From Planktothrix sp. GU0601_MAG3 (lineage in GTDB: Bacteria > Cyanobacteriota > Cyanobacteriia > Cyanobacteriales > Microcoleaceae), in contig CP136572.1 of assembly GCA_035193785.1 (NCBI GenBank), positions 2,324,578-2,388,577 of the forward strand: a stretch of DNA of 64,000 bases. Reading direction: 5' to 3'. Of the stretch, positions 55,595 to 64,000 are shown in pieces. The position numbers and the translations under genes were made by a program. Under the pieces are notes generated by a model. That model ran no database searches and was not told the DNA's origin. It saw nothing but the letters and a program-made list of their open reading frames with translations. Position 1 is the stretch's first letter; every line of letters starts with the position of its first letter.

Positions 55595-57001
55595 ATGACC
55601 ACTTTGAACACCCTTTGGCAACAATTTACCCTGCAAAATCTATTACTTTACCAATGGCGGCCTAGTAGTTTTCTCTACCAGTTGACGGGATTTTTACACC
55701 AATGGCGACAGGGGAGTTGGTTATTGCAGTGGGGGGAACCCTTGGGGGCATTATTAATTAGTATTGTATTTTGTTTAGCTCCTTTTGTGGGAACGGCATT
55801 AATCGGGGTTTTATTAATCGCTTGTGCCGGATGGTGGCTATTATTAACCCTAACGGATGAACCCTCACAAACTGCCTTCACTCCCATTCATTTAGTCGTT
55901 TTATTATATTGGGGAATTGCCACCGTTGCCACGGCTTTATCGCCTGTTAAAATAGCCGCCTTTAGTGGCTGGACGAAATTAACTCTTTATTTAATTTTAT
56001 TTGCTTTCATGTCGAGAATATTGCGATCGCCAAAAGTTCGCTCGATTTTTATTACCATATTTTTACACACAGCTTTATTCGTGAGTGTCTATGGTTTAAG
56101 ACAGTGGTTTTATGGGGCAAAAGCCCTAGCGACTTGGGTTGACCCCACCTCTGCCCAATCTAACTTAACCCGGGTTTATAGTTATTTAGATAACCCCAAT
56201 TTATTAGCCGCCTATTTATTACCCGCAGTTGGTTTAAGTTTGGCTGCATTGTTTGTTTGGCAAGGCATTTTACCAAAAGCTTTAGCACTAACCATGATCG
56301 TTGTCAACTCCTCCTGTTTAGTTTTAACCTTTAGTCGGGGAGGATGGATTGGATTAGTGCTATTAATATTTACTTTTTCAGTCCTATTATTATATTGGTT
56401 AAGTATTACTTTTCCTCCCTTTTGGCAACAGTGGGCTTTACCCTTGGGATTAATAGGATTAACTATTTTTCTCGTCTTAGCAGTGGTATTTGTTCCCCCG
56501 ATTCGCGATCGCGTGGCGAGTATGTTTGTCGGACGGGGAGATAGTAGTAATAATTTTAGAATTAATGTTTGGATGGCAGTCATTGAAATGATTAAAGATC
56601 GTCCGATCTTAGGAATTGGCCCGGGCAACGTAGCTTTTAATAAGATTTATCCCCTTTATATGCAGCCTCGTTATACCGCTTTGAGTGCCTATTCCGTGAT
56701 ATTAGAAGTCGCAGTTGAAACCGGAATTATCGGTTTAAGTTGTTTTCTCTGGTTATTAACCGTAACCTTTAATCAAGGATGGGTGCAATTAAAACAACTC
56801 CGAGCTTTAGGAAATACCCAAGGATTTTGGTTAATTGCAGCCATTTCTACCTTAATAGGACTGATAGGTCATGGTTTCGTTGATACGGTTTTATATCGTC
56901 CCCAAGTTAATACTTTATGGTGGTTAATGATTGCTTTAATTGCCAGCTATTATCAACCCAAGCCTCGGATTTTAGTGGATGAAGTTTGGAGGAATCAATA
57001 A
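55595..57001 (+). CDS. ictB: IctB-family membrane protein (O-antigen ligase-like)
   Basis: Motifs LATWVDP, RVYSYLDNPNLLAAYL, TFSRGGW, DSSNNFRINVW, GIGPGN. Confidence 0.88.
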   Translation: MTTLNTLWQQFTLQNLLLYQWRPSSFLYQLTGFLHQWRQGSWLLQWGEPLGALLISIVFCLAPFVGTALIGVLLIACAGWWLLLTLTDEPSQTAFTPIHLVVLLYWGIATVATALSPVKIAAFSGWTKLTLYLILFAFMSRILRSPKVRSIFITIFLHTALFVSVYGLRQWFYGAKALATWVDPTSAQSNLTRVYSYLDNPNLLAAYLLPAVGLSLAALFVWQGILPKALALTMIVVNSSCLVLTFSRGGWIGLVLLIFTFSVLLLYWLSITFPPFWQQWALPLGLIGLTIFLVLAVVFVPPIRDRVASMFVGRGDSSNNFRINVWMAVIEMIKDRPILGIGPGNVAFNKIYPLYMQPRYTALSAYSVILEVAVETGIIGLSCFLWLLTVTFNQGWVQLKQLRALGNTQGFWLIAAISTLIGLIGHGFVDTVLYRPQVNTLWWLMIALIASYYQPKPRILVDEVWRNQ

Positions 57002-57427
57002 ATTTAGCTCTTAGGGTCTAGGAATCAGAAGGAAGATCCACGGAAAAGGGGATGTAAAAATTAAAGCCCTAGACATCCGCCCATTTGCGGTCACGGGAAA
57101 ATAGTAATAATAATGGGTTTAAGTAATTTTTCTTAGAGGATCTTCCATTTTCAAGAAAAACCTGTATTATATTGAAGATGAACAATGAGAAATCTTAAAC
57201 CTGCCTTAATAAGCAAGGAAAGGTTTTGCTTTCTCAATGGTATAGAAATCAAAAGTCTGCAACTGAATGACTGCAACTCAGTTCAAACTGTTGTGGTACA
57301 AACTTGAATAGTTAAATCTCTATTCTGGTTTAATTTCTAACTTACCATTTAGTAGCATTCCCGGGATTAAGGTATATTTTTTCTCAATCTTGTCACCCAC
57401 CTACTTTCAATTTTCTTGAGATCTCCT

Positions 57428-57611
57428 ATGAAAAAGTTAGCTCTAGTGTTTTCAGGTTTAGCCATAGCTTCTTCCTGCTTATTAACTGCTTGCGGTGGTG
57501 CTCCCACAGAAACCCCCCCTACTACCCCCCCTACTACCCCTCCTACCACCCCTCCTACCACCCCCCCTACTACCCCCCCCTACCACCCCCCCTACTACCC
57601 CCCCAAAATAG
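57428..57611 (+). CDS. Small lipoprotein with TTPP tandem repeats (probable poly-C slip near 57573-57580)
   Basis: Signal peptide with lipobox LTA-C; 12-nt ACT/ACC ACC CCC CCT repeats. Confidence 0.6.
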
Positions 57612-57673
57612 GGGAAATGATTTTAAGGGGTTAAAATTGATTTCCTCTCCTATGACTTAGGGGAGGAAATTTT

Positions 57674-58588
57674 TTAAGACTCATAAGTAATTTGCTCCGA
57701 TTTATATTGGGGGGGTTCAACATGAATTAAAATTCTCACGGGGCTAAATTCTTGTGCTAATGCTGCTTCTACTGCTTCTGTAATACTGTGGGCTGTTTCT
57801 ACATCCGTTGCTTCCACAATTAAGTGCATTTCAATAAAAACCTGTCGTCCAATCATCCCACGGGAGGCAATATCATGGCAGTTTATCACCCCCGGAACAG
57901 ACATCACAATTTCCTTAATAGTTTCCGGTGCAATCACCATTTGATCCACCAACCAAGGCAAATTTTCCTTTAAGACACTCCAACCACTTTTAAACACTAA
58001 TAATGCCACGGGAAAGGCTAAAATCACATCTAAATATTGTAATTTTGGCAAATTCCAAACGGCTCCTTGCCAAATCCCAATTAATCCAGCAATTACCATA
58101 ATTGTCACCCAAACATCACTCATTGTATGTTTAGCATCTGCTATTAAAATCGCACTACCCAAACGCTTTCCCGCCGCTCGCTCATAATAAGTCACGAAAA
58201 TATTAATTCCTAAAACAATTAATAAAATCCATAATTCATTAGGAGAAATTGTCACTGGTTCACCACCTTTAAACACCCGTTTTATGGCACTACTGAAAAT
58301 TTCAAAACAGGCTATTCCTAAAAATACACCAATCCCCAATGCTCCCAAAGCATCGAATTTTTGATGTCCATAGGGATGTTCCCGATCGGGGTGGGGAGAG
58401 GCAAAATGGTTGGTAACTAATCCTAAAATATTATTAGCACTATCGGTAACACTATGCAGAGCATCGGCGAGTAAGCTCAAAGAACCTGTCATGTTACCTA
58501 CAACTACTTTAATCATCATTACTAACAGGTTTAAACCCAGTGTTAATAATAAAACAAATTGAATTTTTGAACGATTATCCTGAACCAT
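57674..58588 (-). CDS. Cation diffusion facilitator (CDF) transporter
   Basis: Motifs SLSLLADALHSVTD, HPYGHQK, ADAKHTMSD, HVEP. Confidence 0.92.
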   Translation of the reverse strand: MVQDNRSKIQFVLLLTLGLNLLVMMIKVVVGNMTGSLSLLADALHSVTDSANNILGLVTNHFASPHPDREHPYGHQKFDALGALGIGVFLGIACFEIFSSAIKRVFKGGEPVTISPNELWILLIVLGINIFVTYYERAAGKRLGSAILIADAKHTMSDVWVTIMVIAGLIGIWQGAVWNLPKLQYLDVILAFPVALLVFKSGWSVLKENLPWLVDQMVIAPETIKEIVMSVPGVINCHDIASRGMIGRQVFIEMHLIVEATDVETAHSITEAVEAALAQEFSPVRILIHVEPPQYKSEQITYES

Positions 58589-58765
58589 AAAATTTTTCCT
58601 TTTAAGTTTTGACGGTGATCAAAAACTGTTTTCAATATATCACTCTGTTTGTATTAATCTGACTATTGAGATTGATTTTCACTAAAAATATAAAAGTTAA
58701 TTTAGGTTAATTTCGCGGTAAAATTGGGTTAAAGGATTTCAATTATCGTTTTAAATCGTTGTTCT

Positions 58766-59123
58766 ATGTCTATTCCTCCACTCACAATTAATTTAACTCA
58801 GGGTTTCTGTTTCCCTAGGTTTCACCCCCGAAGCGGCTCAGAATTTAAGAGGGGTACTAGATGAATTAATGCAAAAACTCAAAACGGTGGCGGCAAAAAC
58901 TGCCCCAGGTGGCGGCAAACCTACCCCCCAAAAGTCAATGGAATATCAATATACCGGAGATGTGTTTTTAGAGGTTTTCTGCAATCCCAATATTTGGCCG
59001 AGTCCTTTTGCTGCGAAAGTCCTAATTACTGTTCGAGATGAACGGATTAAACTGACCACGGAAGCCGAACTCACCCGGATTATTGATGACGTTAATCAAT
59101 ACCTCGACCAAGTGAGGGAATAA
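58766..59123 (+). CDS. Conserved cyanobacterial hypothetical protein (apparent frameshift at GTTTC 58803-58807)
   Basis: Corrected reading MSIPPLTINLTQG|SVSLGFTPEAAQNL...FLEVFCNPNIWPSPFAAKVLITVRDERI. Confidence 0.75.
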
Positions 59124-59152
59124 GCTGTTAGAATATACGGAAAAAATCGGTC

Positions 59153-59367
59153 TATAGCGCTGCTAGGGAACACCGGATCTGGGAACACCGGATCTGGGAA
59201 CACCGGATCTGGCTGCGTCGTAAGCCGTGAGCCGTAAGCCGTAAGCCGTGAGCCGTAAGCCGTAAGCCGTGAGCCTGTCGAACGGTCGAACGAGAACACC
59301 GGATCACGACGCAGTGAATGAGTTTGCTGGCTTTAGAAGTGTCCTAACTGTAATGCGTAGCGCTATA
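59153..59367. mobile_element. MITE-like element with TATAGCGCT...AGCGCTATA ends and nested tandem repeats
   Basis: Terminal inverted repeats; (GGGAACACCGGATCT)x3 at 59166-59210; (CGTRAGC)x8 at 59219-59274. Confidence 0.55.
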
Positions 59368-59451
59368 CTTCAGATTTTCTCCCCAGAATCCCTATAGCAA
59401 GATGGCAATTTTGCCATCCCACTCCACTTAAAAAATTTTTTAACTATTATT

Positions 59452-59851
59452 ATGAATGCTGAACAATTAACCAATCTATGTCATCAGGGATTTCAAGTTA
59501 CCCTGGGTGCGACATCTTCCCTGATCGAGATTCTCCAAAATCCCGATAAGCGCAATGAGAATCTCGGAAAAATTCAGTCACAGTTTAGCGAGTTAGCCCA
59601 AGAATGGGCGGAAAAAGGAAAAACGACTGAACAGGAAGCGCGAAATTTCGTGGATACAATTCTTTCCCAGGGTTTCGCAGAACCTTAATACAGACACAAC
59701 AACCGTAACAATAGAAGCTGAAGTTATCACCCCCGCGACTCCCCCCGTGTCAGACCCCGAGCCCGTCAAAGAAATTCAAGAACTTACAACCCAAATTGCC
59801 GAGTTACGAGATGAATTAAGACGTCTGCGAGAATCCAATACTTTTGACTAA
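59452..59851 (+). CDS. Coiled-coil hypothetical protein (apparent frameshift at GTTTC 59672-59676)
   Basis: QGFQVTLGATSSL...WAEKGKTTEQEARNFVD...QG|SQNL...IQELTTQIAELRDELRRLRE. Confidence 0.75.
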
Positions 59852-59914
59852 TTAGGACGAGAAAAAACCCAAAAAAGCCACCGCCCAACGATGAAGTTTT
59901 AAACCCAAATTTGG

Positions 59915-59996
59915 ATAAACCCCGCCCCCACAACCCAACTGATGGAAATCAGAATCGACATGAATCGGGTTCAAAATTGTGGGGGCGGGTTTATCG
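59915..59996. repeat. Long inverted repeat between convergent genes
   Basis: GATAAACCCCGCCCCCCACAA ... TTGTGGGGGCGGGTTTATC. Confidence 0.65.
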
Positions 59997-60384
59997 TTAT
60001 AGCTATATTTATTGATATCTAGTTGCAGAACCCATTCCGAAATTGTTTAACTTCATGTTGCAACCGATATCCCATCGCACGCACTTAAATTTTAACTTTA
60101 TTCTTGACTCCGGCATCTCAGAGTCGCTTTCCTTTATTTAAGCCAGAAGGGTCAACCCTCTGAAATCAGACCAATCGGTAGAAGCAGTCCTAAGTTCTTC
60201 TATTTCAAGTATTTAAGATATTTTGAACTTAAAACGGCCAGGAAAGGGCTTTAAAGGATCGCGATTCTAGTCCCCTAATTTACCTGAATCGGCAGGCAAA
60301 TCGGTTCTCAACCCCAGGAGTCAGCACCGAGCAAACTTAAATAATGTCTGAAAGATTTTTTTGTTTTCAAATTTAATTGGGATT

Positions 60385-60609
60385 TTAGTCGTTATCCCAG
60401 GTTTCATGGCCAATCAGGTCGCCAATTCGGTCTCGGAGCAGGAAGTCGCATTCCTCCAACTCACACTCCACACAAGCCCATTCCCGCGCTGGAATATATT
60501 GGCAGAGTGTATAGATGGGTTGTTGACGGCTCACAACCCCCTTATTGACGAGTTGGCGGGCTTCATCTTTAATCACATCTAATGAAAATTGGACAGTTGT
60601 GTAAGTCAT
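60385..60609 (-). CDS. DUF4327 family protein
   Basis: FSLDVIKDEARQLVNKGVVSRQQPIYTLCQYIPAREW...DFLLRDRIGDL...WDND. Confidence 0.85.
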   Translation of the reverse strand: MTYTTVQFSLDVIKDEARQLVNKGVVSRQQPIYTLCQYIPAREWACVECELEECDFLLRDRIGDLIGHETWDND

Positions 60610-60823
60610 AATTCGCCCTCTTTGGCGTTGCCGGAGAAGTTGTTGGCATCACATATAGTGTAGTCTAAAAATTGACTTTGGGAAATATTTTTTTTTCAGT
60701 ATAAGCCAATACAAATACTTGGGGTTTTCCCATAACAATATGCAAAGTCACTGGACAAAAGCCCATGACAGAGGTTAAGCATTAGGTCTTTGTTCAAGAT
60801 ACCAGGCTGTTATTAAATTCTGA

Positions 60824-62410
60824 TTAAATTCCCCAAAGGACTTTTAAGGCAATCTCCTGGGCTGCGGGGGTCTGACCGTAGGAGAAAACATAAGGAGTTT
60901 TGGGGGAAATTTGGGGTAAAAACTGTTCCAGGGTGTAGGGACTCCCGTAAATCACCAAAGCCTGTAAATTATCCTGTTTTAAGAGAATACTTAACCAATT
61001 TTGAGCAATTTGTGTTAGTCCCGAACTATCACGGAAGGCATTAGCTCGAATAAAAATTTGCAGTAAGGTGGGTTCAGAAGACTGCTCAATATCAGAAAAT
61101 TCTCGATAATTACAATCAATCAGTTGTAAGCGATAACCCAACTGAGTTGGACGGGCGATCGCCGGGGTATGATTTCCTAAAATAGAACAATTGAGCAAAT
61201 CATCCACAATTACTAAATTTCGTAGGGTTTGAGGCGAATTTGGAACTCCTAAAGGCAAAGTTCCCCCCTGTTTCAGAGAATCCTGCAAAATTGTTTGAAC
61301 CAGAGCTTGAGAAGATGGTTGAGACAGAGAATAAAATAATTTCTGGGGATCTTGACTAGGAGGAGAATAGGGTTGATCCGATCGCCAGTCGGGAAATACC
61401 TTCGCCTTCGCCTGCCAAATGCGCTGTACAGAGGCTTCAATCCGTTCCCGGGAAATTCTACCCTCCTTCACCGCCGTACAGACCGCATCAATGGTAACTT
61501 GGGGATCAAGCGGCATTAATAAAACATCGGCTCCAGCTTCCACGGCTAAAATGGCGGCTTCTTCGGGAGTATAAAGTTTGGCGATCGCCCCCATCACCAA
61601 AGCATCCGTTACTACTAACCCTTGAAAGCCCAAGCGTCGTCTCAACTGTTCCTGAACAATCACCGGGGATAGGGTCGCGGGATTTTTACTATCCCAAGCC
61701 GGGATCAACAAATGAGCCATCATCACCGAATCCACACCCGCAGCAATACTCGCGACAAACGGAGGTAATTCCACCTCAGCTAAACGGGGATCGGGATGGG
61801 GAATCACAGGTAATTCCAAATGGGAATCAATCGCCGTATCCCCATGGCCAGGGAAATGTTTGGCCGTCGTTAACACCGGATATCCTTGACATCCCCGAAT
61901 AAAAGCCGTCGCTAAGTGACTAACTCGTTCCGGGGTTTCCCCAAAGGAACGGACATTAATCACCGGATTTTTCGGATTATTATTCACATCAACCACCGGA
62001 GCCAAAACCCAATTTAAGCCCACGGTTAGGGATTCTTGAGCGATAATTGCCCCCATTTTTTCCGCATACAATTGCGCGGATTCCCAAGAGTGATCGGCCA
62101 ATGCTCCAATAGCCATCAAGGGTGGAAACCAAGTCGCCCCAGCAAAACGCTGACCGACCCCTTCCTCCACGTCCGCCGCTACTAACAGGGGAAATTTAGC
62201 CCAGGACTGCAACAACTGAGTTCTAATCGCCAACTCCGCCGCACTACCATCTACCAAAATCACCCCACCCACACCCAAATCCTGTAACCAATGCTCTAAT
62301 TTCTGTGCTGGAGGTTCCCAAAGGGAGTAACGAATTTGATGATCAAACAAAAAACCAGAAGCCCGAACCACAACCATCTGGGCAACTTGTTCAGCTAGAG
62401 AAAAAGTCAT
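60824..62410 (-). CDS. GH3 glycoside hydrolase (NagZ-like)
   Basis: Motifs ADVEEG, APVVDVNNNP, RSFG, KHFPGHGDTAIDSH, TDALVMGAI. Confidence 0.9.
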   Translation of the reverse strand: MTFSLAEQVAQMVVVRASGFLFDHQIRYSLWEPPAQKLEHWLQDLGVGGVILVDGSAAELAIRTQLLQSWAKFPLLVAADVEEGVGQRFAGATWFPPLMAIGALADHSWESAQLYAEKMGAIIAQESLTVGLNWVLAPVVDVNNNPKNPVINVRSFGETPERVSHLATAFIRGCQGYPVLTTAKHFPGHGDTAIDSHLELPVIPHPDPRLAEVELPPFVASIAAGVDSVMMAHLLIPAWDSKNPATLSPVIVQEQLRRRLGFQGLVVTDALVMGAIAKLYTPEEAAILAVEAGADVLLMPLDPQVTIDAVCTAVKEGRISRERIEASVQRIWQAKAKVFPDWRSDQPYSPPSQDPQKLFYSLSQPSSQALVQTILQDSLKQGGTLPLGVPNSPQTLRNLVIVDDLLNCSILGNHTPAIARPTQLGYRLQLIDCNYREFSDIEQSSEPTLLQIFIRANAFRDSSGLTQIAQNWLSILLKQDNLQALVIYGSPYTLEQFLPQISPKTPYVFSYGQTPAAQEIALKVLWGI

Positions 62411-62413
62411 ATT

Positions 62414-62645
62414 ACAAATTACGAATTACGAATTACGAATTACGAATGGGGAATGGGGAATTACGAATGGGAATTACGAATGGGAATTACGAATGGGGAA
62501 TGGGTTTTGGATAATAGAAAGAATCTACCTCCCCTGCCCCCCTGCTCCCCCTGCTCCCCCTGCCCCCCTGCTCCCCCTGCTCCCCCTGCTCCCCTACCTC
62601 CCCTGCTCCCCTGCCCTCCCTGCTCCCCCTGCTCCCCCTGCTCCC
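62414..62645. repeat. Composite tandem repeat, inverted relative to 50878-51230
   Basis: (ATTACGA/AATGGG)n-linker-(TGCTCCCCC)n. Confidence 0.9.
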
Positions 62646-63044
62646 TTACTCCTCCTCGCCATAATCAATAAATTCATCCTCATCCGGTTTACGATTCTGG
62701 GAGAGTTCGTTTAATAGAGTTAACATTTTGTCACCCCGTTCCAAGGAACGATCTTCTAAAAAAACCACTTCTGGAGTCCGACGTAAACGGACACGCTGAC
62801 CTAGAGAAGAACGAACATAACCCGTTGCTGATTTTAAGCCTTCCATGGTTTCTCGTCTGGCTTCTTCGGTTCCATAAATGCTGACAAAAATTTTGGCGTG
62901 TTGGAGGTCGCCGGAAACATCGACATCGGTAATACTCACCATTCCGATTCCAACCCGGTCATCTTTGATCCCATCCAGTAATATCTGGCTGACCTCCCGT
63001 TTAATTTGTGCAGCCACCCGGGAAACTCGGCGATCTGTAGCCAT
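62646..63044 (-). CDS. rbfA: Ribosome-binding factor A
   Basis: [15 protein letters not shown]...IKDDRV...[13 protein letters not shown]...[19 protein letters not shown]. Confidence 0.96.
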   Translation of the reverse strand: MATDRRVSRVAAQIKREVSQILLDGIKDDRVGIGMVSITDVDVSGDLQHAKIFVSIYGTEEARRETMEGLKSATGYVRSSLGQRVRLRRTPEVVFLEDRSLERGDKMLTLLNELSQNRKPDEDEFIDYGEEE

Positions 63045-63187
63045 AATTACTACCCCTTCAAACGGTCTTGTTCTTCCATAGTCTCAAGTTTAGCGCGGTT
63101 ATTTATCTTTTTGGCGACAAAATCCCGATGAATTAAGGTACAAAGCCCCATGATATCTTACAAGAAAACTAATTTTTAGGTTGATCA

Positions 63188-63409
63188 ATGGAAAAAGAGT
63201 TTGAAATCCGACAAAAAGTCAAGGTGATAGCGATTCCTCCCTATCTAAAAACAGCAGAACCCATGCCGATTTTACGTCCATCCAGCGTGATTAAACTCGG
63301 TGAAGTTGGCACTGTAATTGATAGACGACCCGGTGGCTATTGGGGGGTTTTATTTGAGAAAGGGGCTTTTTTAATCGATAGCCAGTATATCGAAGGGGTG
63401 AAATCCTGA
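63188..63409 (+). CDS. sipA: SipA (NblS-interacting protein, DUF3148)
   Basis: PPYLKTAEPMPILRP...GEVGTVIDRRPGGYWGVLFEKGAFLIDSQYI. Confidence 0.85.
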   Translation: MEKEFEIRQKVKVIAIPPYLKTAEPMPILRPSSVIKLGEVGTVIDRRPGGYWGVLFEKGAFLIDSQYIEGVKS

Positions 63410-63503
63410 ATAGCTTTTGACTTTAGCCAAAAACTAAAGTGATGCCACCCATTGATATAGATGGCATCACCAGAATCACAGGATGATTCTCCGACTCACA
63501 CGC

Positions 63504-64000
63504 TTACCACAAACCACGGACTGGGGGTGGTGCGGGTGGTAGTGGTAATGGGGGTGGGAGCGGGGGTCGTGGCGTTGGGGCTGCTACTGGGGGTGCTGCT
63601 GGGAAATCTACTTCTTGTAGAGAACAGCCGCCTTTGCCAAATTGAGAAGCCTTCTTAAACAGAGAATCGAGATTCCCCGCTAGGCCTTTGACTTTATCTA
63701 CCGTCTCGGGAATATTACCGACATCAATATACATTCCCGGAACAGGATAGTAACTGACAATATCCAAGAAGGAGAGCTTACCATCTTCACTCAGGGCATT
63801 GATTAGAGCCGCCCGAATCGCTTTACCATTGGCAACACGACGATGGGTTTTCTAACGGTTGTCCCGATGGTATCGGTTAACTCCTGACCTTCTGGGGAAT
63901 AGATAATGCAAGCAAAGGGAACTAAATCAAAACCAACTTCTAAGCTCATCAGACCGCGAAGGGTATCCGGCTCCATTTTGGAAGCCTTAACGATTTGGCT
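63504..64000 (-). CDS. DUF1400-like protein, 3' part (apparent frameshift at GTTTTC 63847-63852)
   Basis: SPEGQELTDTIGTTVR|THRRVANGKAIRAALINALSEDGKLSFLDIVSYYP, then a Pro-rich tail. Confidence 0.6.

Noticed and set aside
59166..59300. Possible CRISPR array
   Set aside because: The 15-mers and 7-mers are directly tandem with no unique spacers, and there are no cas genes in the window.
3334..59851. Mass pseudogenisation or programmed frameshifting of the many split genes
   Set aside because: The breaks share one 4-bp context on both strands, hit core genes and non-coding intron RNA, and are not accompanied by other decay. A systematic sequencing artefact explains them better.

Overview
64 kb of a filamentous cyanobacterial chromosome. 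HIP1 (GCGATCGC) sites and short tandem repeats are abundant; Oscillatoriales, probably Planktothrix, is my inference. The content is mostly housekeeping genes (fmt, rsmE, sir, glgA, pgl, thiO, nadD, nrtR, ictB, rbfA, sipA, transporters). It also holds tRNA-Val(CAC), two IS200/IS605-family TnpB elements, two group II introns, an NB-ARC gene, a large adhesin-like gene and a 7-gene UbiA/GMC/SDR cassette. Main observations: (1) About two dozen apparent frameshifts, including in essential genes, fall on one 4-mer: GAAC/GTTC written as GAAAC/GTTTC. This is the known Dnd phosphorothioate motif, so it may be a DNA-modification footprint left as sequencing error rather than real pseudogenisation. (2) Applying that rule reveals a hidden GUN4-HNH nuclease fusion next to tRNA-Val. 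(3) pgl is split by two sister group II introns whose EBS1/EBS2/EBS3 sequences each match their own insertion site. (4) The UbiA cassette looks like a non-canonical lipid-linked pentose pathway. All calls come from reading the sequence by eye; no searches were run.
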